Assembly (NCBI RefSeq): GCF_006345805.1
Contig: NC_043005.1
Coordinates: 15,562,001-15,626,000, forward strand
Origin: Octopus sinensis
Lineage: Eukaryota
DNA length: 64,000 nt
Direction of reading: 5' to 3'
The notes beneath the pieces are model-generated. The model was not told the DNA's origin. It searched no databases and was given only the letters and a program-made list of their open reading frames with translations. Both the position numbers and the translations under genes were made by a program. Shown here one piece after another: positions 54,959-63,554 of the stretch (position 1 is its first letter; every line of letters starts with the position of its first letter).

Positions 54959-56186
54959 TTATTCTAATTTACCTGGAACTCCGTAGATGGACGAATGTCA
55001 ATAGAATGTGGTCTTGTGTCGTTGACCAAGTCAATTTCAGTTGTGAAGCAGTTGTCCTCGTTTGGACATGTTATGTTTGTATATGTATCCCCGTTCAAAA
55101 TAAGGTGAACTGAAGACTTATGTGCCTCAGTGTAACAAATTTCCACATTCCATTTTCTGGCCTGGGTATCTGACAAATAATTTGAAAAAATGAAAAATGT
55201 TTATCAATTATTTTCAAAACATCTTTAAAATATTTATACTGTGAATAGTTATTCTATTCTTCTCCTCTCTAGTAATTTATTACCAATTTCAGCCAGACTG
55301 TGGCCATGCTGGGGCACCACCCTAGTTATGCCAAAAAAACTAGTGTATAATATTGGAATTTTTTTTTGAAAAAAACACCAAAATCTGAATAATTATTGTC
55401 AGTTGGAACTCTTCAAACATTTACTTTCAAGAAACTATGTTTTTTTTCTTTATATATGTTTTGTTCATGAATAAATCTGTTTGCCTTATTTTTTAAATCA
55501 TTTTTCTCTACAACAACCACTCTAGTTTCATGACAGAATGCCTGATGCTAATGCAGTGGAAAGAATTACTTTATCATTATGGCCAGTATTTCTCTGCTTT
55601 TCTCTTTTACATTTCAATATCCATTCCATCAATGCTAACATGAAAGAAGGAAAAACAGAGTAGAAGCCAGGAAGCTCACAACAAAACCATAAGCAATTTC
55701 TGAAATGGAACATCATTATCATCATTTCAATATCTACCTTTCCCATGCTTGCATGGGTCAGGTGGAATTTTTTGAGGCAGATTTTCTACAACTGGATGCT
55801 ATTCCTGTCACCAACTCTCACCTTTTTCCATAAAACTGGTAACAAGGGACACTGCCTTTATGATGGTGATGCTTGTTTACAGTCATCACGAGAGGTCACA
55901 ACAAAGGCAGCAAACACACATGCACATAGCTTTTATGTTTTACTTGTTTCAGTCACTAGACTGTGGCCATGCTGGGGCACCACCTTGAAGAATTTCTAAT
56001 CGAACGAATTAACCCAAATACTTTTATTTTCCTTTAAGCCTGCTACTTATTCTATTGATCTCTTTGCCAAACTGCTAAGTTATGGGGACACAAACACAGC
56101 AACACTGGTTGCCAAGCTTGTGGGGTGGGGGGAGACAAACAGACAAAAAGACACACACACACAGATACATACATATGTGTTTGTCA

Positions 56187-56226
<40 letters not shown>

Positions 56227-56435
56227 TCTCTTTACTCTTTTACTTGTTTCAGTCATTTGACTGCGGCCATGCTGGAGCACCGCCTTTAGTCGAGCAAATC
56301 GACCCTGGGACTTATTCTTTGTAAGCCCAGTACTTATTCTATCGGTCTCTTTTGCCGAACCGCTAAGTGATGGGGACATAAACACACCAGCATCTGTTGT
56401 CAAACAATGCTAGGGGCACAAACACAGACACACAA

Positions 56436-56477
<42 letters not shown>

Positions 56478-58666
56478 GACAGGCTTCTTTCAGTTTCCGT
56501 CTACCAAATCCACTCACAAGGCGTTTGTCGGCCCGGGGCTATAGCAGAAGACACTTGCCCAAGATGCCAGGCAGTGGGACTGAACCCGGAACCATGTGGT
56601 TGGTTAGCAAGCTACTTACCACACAGCCACTCCTGTGCCTATATATATATATACTAGCAGAATTGCCCGGCGTTGCTCGGGGCTGAATTGCTTGAAAGTA
56701 CTGTTAATGATTGCACTGAATTATGATGATTATTCAGGCAAATATTGATATAAGCTTACGGTGGGAGATAAGGACTTAACGATCAAACGTGTGCCATTGC
56801 ATTGTTTTGGGGGAACCAAATTTCTGATGAGCATTATAGGGGCACCAACTTTAAATTTGAGAAAGTGTGGTGGTAGTCCGGGGTGCTCAAAGGAATTGAG
56901 TACCTCTATTGGATAGTTGATGACGTCCTCTGGGTCAGGAGTTGTATCGATAGACTGATATACATAGACTTCCCCAGGAATGAGTTTTAGCATTTTATCA
57001 TTAATATGGTGAACAGTTTTATTCCTCGGGGCCAGTATAGCCTTTTTGCCAATCCAATCCATATTCTGATAATTAGCTTGTAGATCTGGGAACACTGCAT
57101 CTCTGAGATCAGAAGGCGTCTTAGCAATGGTACAAATGGAATCGATGGCAATATTACCATTTTCATCCCTGGTATTTTGCCTTCGCCAAGTGCAAGGAGG
57201 GTGTGAGGAAATGCTGCTGATGTGATATTACGTCGCATATGAGCACACATATTGGTGTGAAGTTTGAGAGTTACTTCCATTTATTAAAAAAAATATGCAT
57301 TAAAATGGAAAAAAATGATGGTAAATTATTTGTAAAATCATAGACTCATCGTAGACGCGCGCTAATACCCAGGAGGACTCGATAGGAATCACGACTATAA
57401 GATACCCGGTTTTGGTTAAACTGCATCGCAAAATGTGGGAGTAGTTAGGAATCTAAATCGGAGTAGACAGACACACAACCTTTCTTTTATATATAAATAT
57501 TTTCGTCCTAAAAAACTTTGTATGGATTGAATGGTTACCTCTATGGAAATATATACACGCACATTATACATACATGTGTGTATAGATGAATATATAAATA
57601 CATTTAAATATCTATATACTGTTTTGGGCGATCTTTCTGTTTCTTAGAGATAACTTTAGATCTTATTTTCGTCCTAAAAAACTTTGTATGGAGTGAATGG
57701 TTACCTCTATTGAAATATATACACACACGTTATACATACATGTGTGCATAGATGAATATATAAATATATTTATATATCTATATACACTTTTGGGCGATCT
57801 TTGTGCTACTTAGAGATAACTTTAGATCTTATTTTCGTCCTAAATAACTTTGTATGGAGTGAATGGTTACGTCTATGGAAATATATACACACACATTATA
57901 CATACATCTGTGTATAGATGAATATATAAATACATTTAAATATCTATATACACTTTTGGGCGATCTTTCTGCTACTTGGATATAGGTCTTATATTCGTCC
58001 TAAAAAACTTTCCAGTCACACACTCACGCACACGCACACACACACACACACGCACCCTCATACACACACACGCGCACACACACACACTCACACACACGCA
58101 CGTTAGCTTACAATTTTATTTATATATTTGCGTGTCTATGTGTGTAAAGAGGAAGTGGGAGGCAGAGTGAAAGAGTCACTCACTTCAGAAAGTGAATTAC
58201 TTTAATTTTATTCGTTGCACACTGTGTGTGTGCGTTTGCGTGTGCTGTATCCCACACTAAGAGAAGCATTTGACTCATACACCACAATGTGAGTTTTCTC
58301 TAAATTTTGCTTAATTGGGGTTGAAATTTTAAAAAGTGGACCTGGCACGACCCGATGCATTCTACTCTTAAAAATGCTAGGTAAATTGTAATTGAAGAAA
58401 TCCTATATTGTAGATTTCTATAAGATACAAAGGGAGGCAGATAAAATCTGCCTTTTATAATAAGAGATATCTCTTATTATAAAAGGCAGATTTTATCTGC
58501 CTCCCTTTGTCTCTTATAGAAATCTACAATATAGGATTTCTTCAATTACAATTTACCTAGCGGGTCGTGCCAGGTCAAGTTTTTCAAATTTCACCCCCAA
58601 TTAAGCAAAATTTCGAGAAAACCCACATTGTGGTGTGTAAGTGAAGTGCTTTTCTTAGTGTGGGCT

Positions 58667-58705
<39 letters not shown>

Positions 58706-59117
58706 AGCGAAATGCTTCACTCATGCTATCACCCTAATTTCTCCTCCTTTCTCTTTGCAAGTGTGCAACGATTAAAGTGAAAGTATTTATATAAAACGAG
58801 AGAAGTGTACATTAAACCACTACTCAAAAAAAAAAACACAGCAAACAGAAACAAATAAATACATAACGATTTACTCCTCACACAATTTCTTCAATTAGAG
58901 TTTACCTATGATTTTTCAAAGTACTTCCATTCGGTCATGGCATACAAAATTTCTTTCAATTTCACCCCCATTTCAGAAAAAATTCAGAAAACTAAATATT
59001 TTACCATTTCACTCACTTCAAAGCCTTTACTCTGCATATTACTCCCACTTCCTATTTACACACATAGACACGCAAATATATAAATAAAATTGTAAGCTAA
59101 CGTGTGTGTGTGTGTGT

Positions 59118-59157
<40 letters not shown>

Positions 59158-59162
59158 GTGTG

Positions 59163-59212
<50 letters not shown>

Positions 59213-62200
59213 TGTGTGACAGGGATGAGCCAGTCAGACTGGTCATCCTTTTTGCTAGAAGATCACCTATGGTCTTTATGCTACACCACTGGTTTTCAGT
59301 TCATATTAATCAAATTCATATTCACAACAAGAAGGACTATTCATTATAATACATCAGTTCCACACATTTACCCTGGTTCCATTTCGGACAACTGCACAAA
59401 CATTTGCCATTTCACACATGTATGTAAACAAATTCCTTTCTTAAAAATTTCAATTCATTTTCTTTTTCAGTTCATACAAAGTTTTTCAGGACGAATATAA
59501 GATCTAAAGTATATCCAAGTAGCAGAAATATCGCCCAAAAGTGTATATAGATATTTAAATGTATTTATATATTCATCTATACACACATGTATGTATAATG
59601 TGTGTGTATATATTTCCATAGAGGTAACCATTCACTCCATACAAAGTTATTTAGGACGAATATAAGATCTAAAGTATATCCAAGTAGCAGAAATATCGCC
59701 CAAAAGTGTATATAGATATTTAAATGTATTTATATATTCATCTATACACAGATGTATGTATAATGTGTGTGTATATATTTCCATAGACGTAACCATTCAC
59801 TCCGCACAAAGTTTTTTAGGACGAAAATAAGATCTAAAGTTATCTCTAAGAAACAGAAAGATCGCCCAAAAGTGTATATAGATATTTAAATGTATTTATA
59901 TATTCATCTATACACACATGTATGTATAATGTGCGTGTATATATTTCCATAGAGGTAACCATTCAATCCATACAAAGTTTTTTAGAACGAAAATCTTTAT
60001 ATATAAAAGAAAGGTTGTGTGTCTGTCTACTCCGATTTAGATTCCTAACTACTCCCACATTTTGCGATGCAGTTTAACCAAAACCGGGTATCTTATAGTC
60101 GTGATTCATATCGAGCCCTCCTGGGTATTAGCGCGCGTCTACGATGAGTCTACGATTTTACAAATAATTTACCATCATTTTTTTCCATTTTAATGCATTT
60201 TTTAAAATAAAGGGTAGTAACTCTCAAACTTCACACCAATATGCGTGCTCATATGCGACGTAATATCACATCAGCAGCATTTCCTCACACCCTCCTTGCA
60301 CTTGGCGAAGGCAAAATACCAGGGGATGAAAATGGTAATATTGCCATCGATTCCATTTGTACCATTGTTAAGACGCCTTCTGATCTCAGAGATGCAGTGT
60401 TCCCAGATCTACAAGCTAATTATCAGAATATGGATTGGATTGGCAAAAAGGCTATACTGGCCCCGAGGAATAAAACTGTTCACCATATTAATGATAAAAT
60501 GCTAAAACTCATTCCTGGGGAAGTCTATGTATATCAGTCTATCGATACAACTCCTGACCCAGAGGACGTCATCAACTATCCAATAGAGGTACTCAATTCC
60601 TTTGAGCACCCCGGACTACCACCACACTTTCTCAAACTTAAAGTTGGTGCCCCTATAATGCTCATCAGAAATTTGGTTCCCCCAAAACAATGCAATGGCA
60701 CACGTTTGATCGTTAAGTCCTTATCTCCCACCGTACACTTATATCAATATTTGCCTGAATAATCATCATAATTCAGTGCAATCATTAACAGTACTTTCAA
60801 GCAATTCAGCCCCGAGCAACGCCGGGCAATTCTGCTAGTATATAATAAAAATTTGTATGTTTATCAAGATTCCTAATGCGAAATCGTGTTGAAACAGATA
60901 TTATTCTATTTCGAGACTATATATTTTCTCTTCATTTGTTTATTATCGTTCTTATTTCAACAGACATGAGTTGAAATACAAATAGTAATAAATGAGTGAA
61001 AAACAAATATTTAGTATGTTTATTTGGAATTTTTAAAAAATGACCATCCTGAAATCTTTATATATAAAAGTCAAGTTGTGTGTCTGTCTCCTACGATTTA
61101 GATTCCTAACTACTCCCACATTTTGCGGTGCAGTTTAACCAAAACCGGGTATCTTATAGTCGTGATTCATATCGAGCCCTTCTGGGTATTAGCGCACGTC
61201 TACCATGAGTCTACGATTTAAAAAAAAAATTTACCATCAATTTTCCCCCATTTTTAATGCATTTTTTTCTATTATATAAGGGAAGTAACTCTCTAAAAAT
61301 GTATTATTAAATCTCAGAACATAAAAGCTACAGTAACACCCCCCTTTGTGGTTAGCCATATTGAGATGGCTATTATACTTTACATCTCTAAAATGCTTAT
61401 ATAGTTATTTCCCTTACAAACCCGAGCAACGCCGGGCGATACTGCTAGTACAATATAAATATATTCAGATATATATATACTCACAAGGCACTGGTCAGCC
61501 TGAAGCTATAGGTGCCACATAGTGAGACTGAACCTGGAACCATATGGTTGGGAAGCAAGCTTCTTACTACACAGACACACCTGTGCATATAAATATGTGT
61601 GTGTAGAAATTTATAATAAATTATTAATTATAATTGAGGGTACACAAAGTACCAGTGTTACTAGAAATAAGAGTTGAAAAATACTAAATCTCTGAGAGAG
61701 ATTCATGTAGTAGCAGCATGATAAAATGATAGTATGTTGTCAACTTAATGTGACAGTCCCATGAAAGGGAAGAATGCTACTGTTGTGTAGCCCTAGGAAA
61801 TACTGTTTCCTGTTGGGCTTGACACATTTCCTGTTCTGTCATCATAGAACCTCATAAAGAATGGTGCAAACAAGCTCCCTTTAAATGGGAAAACCAAGTT
61901 CAAATGACTGCAGTACGGGAATTCTGCAATAGCATTAACCCTTTAGTGTTTAAACCAGCCAAATCCGGCCCAATATATTCTACATGTTTATATTCAAACT
62001 GGCGATATCTAGCCTCTCACTCCTAACCTACAATGTCATTCTGAAAATAAACAATCACATCATTGAAACCTCAAAGCTATAAGATAATGCATGATTAATT
62101 CAAAACAATTTGAGTGAAAAAGTATTACATTTAACAGAGTATTCTGAACACTAAAGGGTTAAACTTTGAGCTACCATATTTCTGTTGAAATGCACTGCCA

Positions 62201-62676
62201 TTGTCTATTAATTTTGGAAGTTGTGAAGAATTCATTTAAATAACTTTGTCATTATGAAGCAAATGTTTGGAACATGACATGAGATTTTGATGGCAGGTTT
62301 TACTTCAGATGAATTTAAAACAGAGAATGTCTATGATTCAACCAGGAGTGACGTTACTATGTGGTTTGGGATCAAAAAGATTAAACCAAGTGATAGATAA
62401 GGTCAACCACCCAAGAACAGGAACAGAAATGAACTCTACAACAGGCTACCACAGAATCCCCAACTATCCAGTTCCACACTTTAGATTTTAGCTGACCTGA
62501 GACTGTTGTACAAGACCCTAATCCAGGGTACCATACAGTAGAAACTGACCTGAAAACAAACCTCTTCATTATACACAGCCATACATAATGATTGCAGAAA
62601 TAAATAAATAAGAGAACTTACAAAAGAAATGAGGTAAAACAAAGAATAAAATACTGCAATAGGAAAGAACCAGCAT
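20501..62676 (-). CDS. Multi-exon gene: signal peptide + four tandem PLAT/LH2-like repeats (455 aa if exon 20526-20501 is terminal)
   Basis: Join of 62676-62622, 55169-54973, 48565-48478, 43846-43641, 42060-41961, 33902-33670, 24818-24725, 23444-23218, 21627-21528, 21130-21089, 20526-20501 = 1368 nt. All introns are GT-AG, all phases are compatible, and there is no internal stop. The PLAT assignment is from motif pattern only. Confidence 0.8.
21089..21130 (-). CDS. Coding exon 10: linker ([14 protein letters not shown])
   Basis: Acceptor ttttttattaatttttag, donor ATAG|gtaatt, 42 nt, symmetric phase 1. Confidence 0.65.
21528..21627 (-). CDS. Coding exon 9: repeat 4, second part ([12 protein letters not shown]...FKPLRK)
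   Basis: Acceptor tctatcatttcag, donor AAAG|gtatgt, 100 nt, phase 0 to 1. Confidence 0.85.
21660..22070 (+). mobile_element. RTE LINE 3' end with (GAT)n tail
   Basis: Hairpin units plus conserved terminal segment. Confidence 0.85.
23218..23444 (-). CDS. Coding exon 8: repeat 4, first part (KIWQLIIMS...GCVDHFYLE...KPIRIND)
   Basis: Acceptor poly-T atttcag, donor GAT|gtaata, 227 nt, phase 1 to 0. Confidence 0.85.
23515..23895 (-). mobile_element. CORE-like SINE (family A)
   Basis: Reverse complement of the family A consensus seen elsewhere in the window. Confidence 0.85.
23998..24176 (-). mobile_element. RTE LINE 3' end, 5'-truncated
   Basis: (CAT)n tail; near-identical inverted copy of 21893-22070. 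Confidence 0.85.
24725..24818 (-). CDS. Coding exon 7: repeat 3, second part ([14 protein letters not shown]...SCKLLG)
   Basis: Acceptor ataatttttcag, donor GGAC|gtaaga, 94 nt, phase 0 to 1. Confidence 0.85.
24942..25333 (-). mobile_element. Non-autonomous Helitron (~392 bp)
   Basis: 5'-TC start, subterminal hairpin ccgagcaacgccggg, 3'-CTAG, inserted between A and T. Confidence 0.9.
26160..27552 (+). mobile_element. RTE LINE 3' end containing a 193-bp higher-order tandem array
   Basis: aatatcaatggaaacagtagttg recurs at 193-bp spacing, five times; (GAT)n tail. Confidence 0.9.
28025..28220 (+). mobile_element. Penelope-type pseudo-LTR fragment
   Basis: ctgtagaagagcataggctcaaaacgt hammerhead-like core in the same architecture as 16741. 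Confidence 0.5.
28360..29280 (+). mobile_element. RTE LINE ORF2 end plus 3' UTR
   Basis: RQLCWYGHV and GRGKPRK motifs, UTR units, atgatga tail. Confidence 0.85.
29530..29935 (+). mobile_element. RTE RT fragment with internal C4HC3 (PHD-like) finger
   Basis: KTKVL...CSIC...CTQC..*THKRC...CGKC...VVDSFHYLG. Confidence 0.8.
30775..31300 (-). mobile_element. RTE apurinic-endonuclease-domain fragment
   Basis: [15 protein letters not shown] and QHRLVVSD motifs. Confidence 0.85.
32110..33230 (-). mobile_element. RTE 3' end with an internal ~350-bp segment in about three tandem copies
   Basis: gtgtttttatgtgccaccgacacagg block recurs near 32345, 32702 and 33053. Confidence 0.85.
33670..33902 (-). 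CDS. Coding exon 6: repeat 3, first part (SMWRVELTS...EAFDIFQ)
   Basis: Acceptor tcttctttcttgtttag, donor CAA|gtaaga, 233 nt, phase 1 to 0. Confidence 0.85.
33977..34196. mobile_element. piggyBac-type MITE
   Basis: TTAA flanks, TIR ccctttgttac / gtaaagaaaggg; partial inverted copy at 36660-36862. Confidence 0.8.
34860..35990 (-). mobile_element. RTE LINE 3' portion (ORF2 end plus UTR)
   Basis: (CAT)n tail at 34855; reverse complement of the RT C-terminal motifs. Confidence 0.8.
36090..36655 (+). mobile_element. RTE LINE 3' end
   Basis: Same terminal segment and tail as the other copies. Confidence 0.75.
37114..37322 (+). mobile_element. SINE family B head with an alternative 3' tail
   Basis: ggcggtgagctggcagaaacgttagc head; the tail differs from the 8906 and 9430 copies. 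Confidence 0.8.
37530..39300 (+). mobile_element. CR1-group LINE RT remnant interrupted by a SINE
   Basis: [30 protein letters not shown] and [12 protein letters not shown] motifs. Confidence 0.8.
38756..38953 (-). mobile_element. SINE family B with 19-bp target-site duplication
   Basis: tatatactattatatattt at 38737-38755 and 38954-38972. Confidence 0.9.
39415..40155 (+). mobile_element. RTE 3' end with nine ~61-bp tandem units
   Basis: aaaagcaccatccgtt recurs nine times; (GAT)n tail followed by (TA)n. Confidence 0.9.
40335..41290 (-). mobile_element. RTE LINE 3' portion
   Basis: (CAT)n tail and reverse-complement ORF2 C-terminus. Confidence 0.8.
41961..42060 (-). CDS. Coding exon 5: repeat 2, second part ([14 protein letters not shown]...ECKSIN)
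   Basis: Acceptor tctttttgttactttaatttag, donor AATG|gtaagt, 100 nt, phase 0 to 1. Confidence 0.85.
43641..43846 (-). CDS. Coding exon 4: repeat 2, first part ([11 protein letters not shown]...KFQLGTD)
   Basis: Acceptor ctcttactttctag, donor GAT|gtaagt, 206 nt, phase 1 to 0. Confidence 0.85.
44097..44612 (+). mobile_element. Internally deleted mariner element, same family as 19367-20206
   Basis: TIR gagaaggtacccaaaag / cttttgggt; LPPYSPDLA motif. Confidence 0.8.
45420..45900 (-). mobile_element. Penelope-like GIY-YIG fragment
   Basis: [18 protein letters not shown]...YIGQT and IWRLKE...INWSI...CCLC motifs. Confidence 0.8.
46090..46930 (-). mobile_element. Decayed RTE-1-like LINE RT remnant
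   Basis: NY..ICLLSH.YK.FT and [12 protein letters not shown]...PR..KRP.G motifs across frames. Confidence 0.6.
48478..48565 (-). CDS. Coding exon 3: repeat 1, second part ([29 protein letters not shown])
   Basis: Acceptor tcttctattgtag, donor AATT|gtaaga, 88 nt, phase 0 to 1. Confidence 0.8.
48600..48830. repeat. (GAT/GGT)n trinucleotide low-complexity tract
   Basis: Directly visible; lies just upstream of the exon 3 acceptor. Confidence 0.9.
50570..52145 (+). mobile_element. RTE LINE RT-to-3'-end remnant
   Basis: FVDL.KAFDRVP, decayed PHD-like insert, HYLGDQ and atgatga tail. Confidence 0.85.
52400..52760 (-). mobile_element. Penelope-like GIY-YIG fragment, same family as 8310-8660
   Basis: [32 protein letters not shown]. 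Confidence 0.7.
53154..54730 (+). mobile_element. Ty3/Gypsy LTR retrotransposon remnant (5' LTR, PBS, gag-protease)
   Basis: TG..CA LTR-like segment 53154-53337, PBS-like tggcgatgagga, gag motifs TFKAYYRRY and [10 protein letters not shown], decayed zinc knuckle, LDT protease motif. Confidence 0.75.
54973..55169 (-). CDS. Coding exon 2: repeat 1, first part ([11 protein letters not shown]...IRPSTEFQ)
   Basis: Acceptor ttatttgtcag, donor CAG|gtaaat, 197 nt, phase 1 to 0, open frame. Confidence 0.85.
56227..56639 (-). mobile_element. CORE-like SINE (family A), full length
   Basis: Head ggcacaggagtggctgtgtggtaag, B box ggttccgggttcagtccc, internal microsatellite, (aaagagt)n tail. Confidence 0.9.
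56654..58467 (-). mobile_element. Composite Helitron, left arm (PIF1 helicase fragment 56730-57240)
   Basis: 5'-TC at 58467, (CA)n, 3 x 166-bp repeat, inner Helitron start near 57499, ILAPRN and [12 protein letters not shown] helicase motifs, hairpin + CTAG at 56654. Confidence 0.85.
57500..57995. repeat. 166-bp tandem repeat x3 (mirrored at 59468-59993)
   Basis: ttttcgtcc recurs at 57500, 57666 and 57832. Confidence 0.9.
58470..60838 (+). mobile_element. Composite Helitron, right arm (PIF1 helicase fragment 60241-60762)
   Basis: 5'-TC at 58470, inner TC start at 59994, PIF1 motifs, cccgagcaacgccggg hairpin, CTAG|T at 60838. Confidence 0.9.
61055..61448 (+). mobile_element. Non-autonomous Helitron (~394 bp)
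   Basis: A|TC start, hairpin, CTAG|T end; sister of 24942-25333. Confidence 0.9.
61939..62158. mobile_element. piggyBac-type MITE
   Basis: TTAA flanks; TIR ccctttagtgtt / aacactaaaggg. Confidence 0.8.
62622..62676 (-). CDS. Coding exon 1: start codon and hydrophobic signal-peptide core [18 protein letters not shown]
   Basis: GCCATG context, in-frame TAA upstream, and no ATG in the 157 nt back to a strong acceptor (tttttctttacag, exon start 62833). Donor TTTT|gtaagt, phase 1. Splicing to exon 2 gives ...HFFYTQA/RKW, a plausible signal-peptidase site. Confidence 0.7.
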
Positions 62677-63058
62677 GGCAGTAGATGGAACGAATTGGAT
62701 ATTCTTGACAAATGGTAACTTTCCTTATATTCTTGAAATCTTTTGTAAACAGTGTTGATTAGAATTTCTAAATGTTTGTAGACAGGAGTATTATTAATTT
62801 CTTTATTTTCTTCTGTTTAACTGTATTTACAAACTGTAAAGAAAAAGGATAAAATTCTTGGGACTTCAAATTCTTAGGTTTTTTGGATTTTCTTTTTTAA
62901 TAAATCAACAAAACTGAAAGTCTGACAGAGATCTGGGGATATATTTTTTAATGTTTGGACAATATTATTGCATCTTAGCTTTTATAATACATCGTCTGGC
63001 AGTTATGACAAAGATTTTTTATAAATGGACAATAGATAGAAACATACATATACATATA

Positions 63059-63457
63059 CTCTCTCTTTTACTCTTTTACTAGTTTCAGTCATTTGACTGT
63101 GGCCATGCTGGAGCACCGCCTTTAGTCGAGCAAATCAACCCCGGGACTTATTCTTTGTAAGCCTAGTACTTATTATATCGGTCTCTTTTGCTGAACCGCT
63201 AAGTGACGGGGACGTAAACACACCAGCATCGGTTGTCAAGCAATGCTAGGGGGACAAACACACACACACACACATACATATATATACATGTATACGACAG
63301 GCTTCTTTCAGTTTCCGTCTACCAAATCCACTCACTAGGCATTGGTCTACCCGGGGCTATAGCAGAAGACACTTGCCCAAGATGCTACGCAGTGGGACTG
63401 AACCCGGAACCATGTGGCTGGTTAGCAAGCTACTTACCACACAGCCACTCCTGCACC
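63059..63457 (-). mobile_element. CORE-like SINE (family A), full length
   Basis: Near-identical to 56227-56639. Confidence 0.9.
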
Positions 63458-63554
63458 TATATATAGAATATCAGGAAAGTCAGGAGATATGAGATGGAGA
63501 TATTTATGTCACCAGTTGATATCCATAGGATGGCAATCGTTTCACAAACAAGCA

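Noticed and set aside
62497-62549. Exon-like segment 72 nt after exon 1
   Set aside because: Using the first AG gives a stop after 10 codons. It only works with a second AG 5 nt downstream and a weak gtcagc donor. Direct exon 1-2 splicing already gives a good signal peptide.
62481-62816. 111-codon open frame with a TM-like stretch resembling polycystin
   Set aside because: No ATG, a weak acceptor, and it overlaps the better-supported signal-peptide frame
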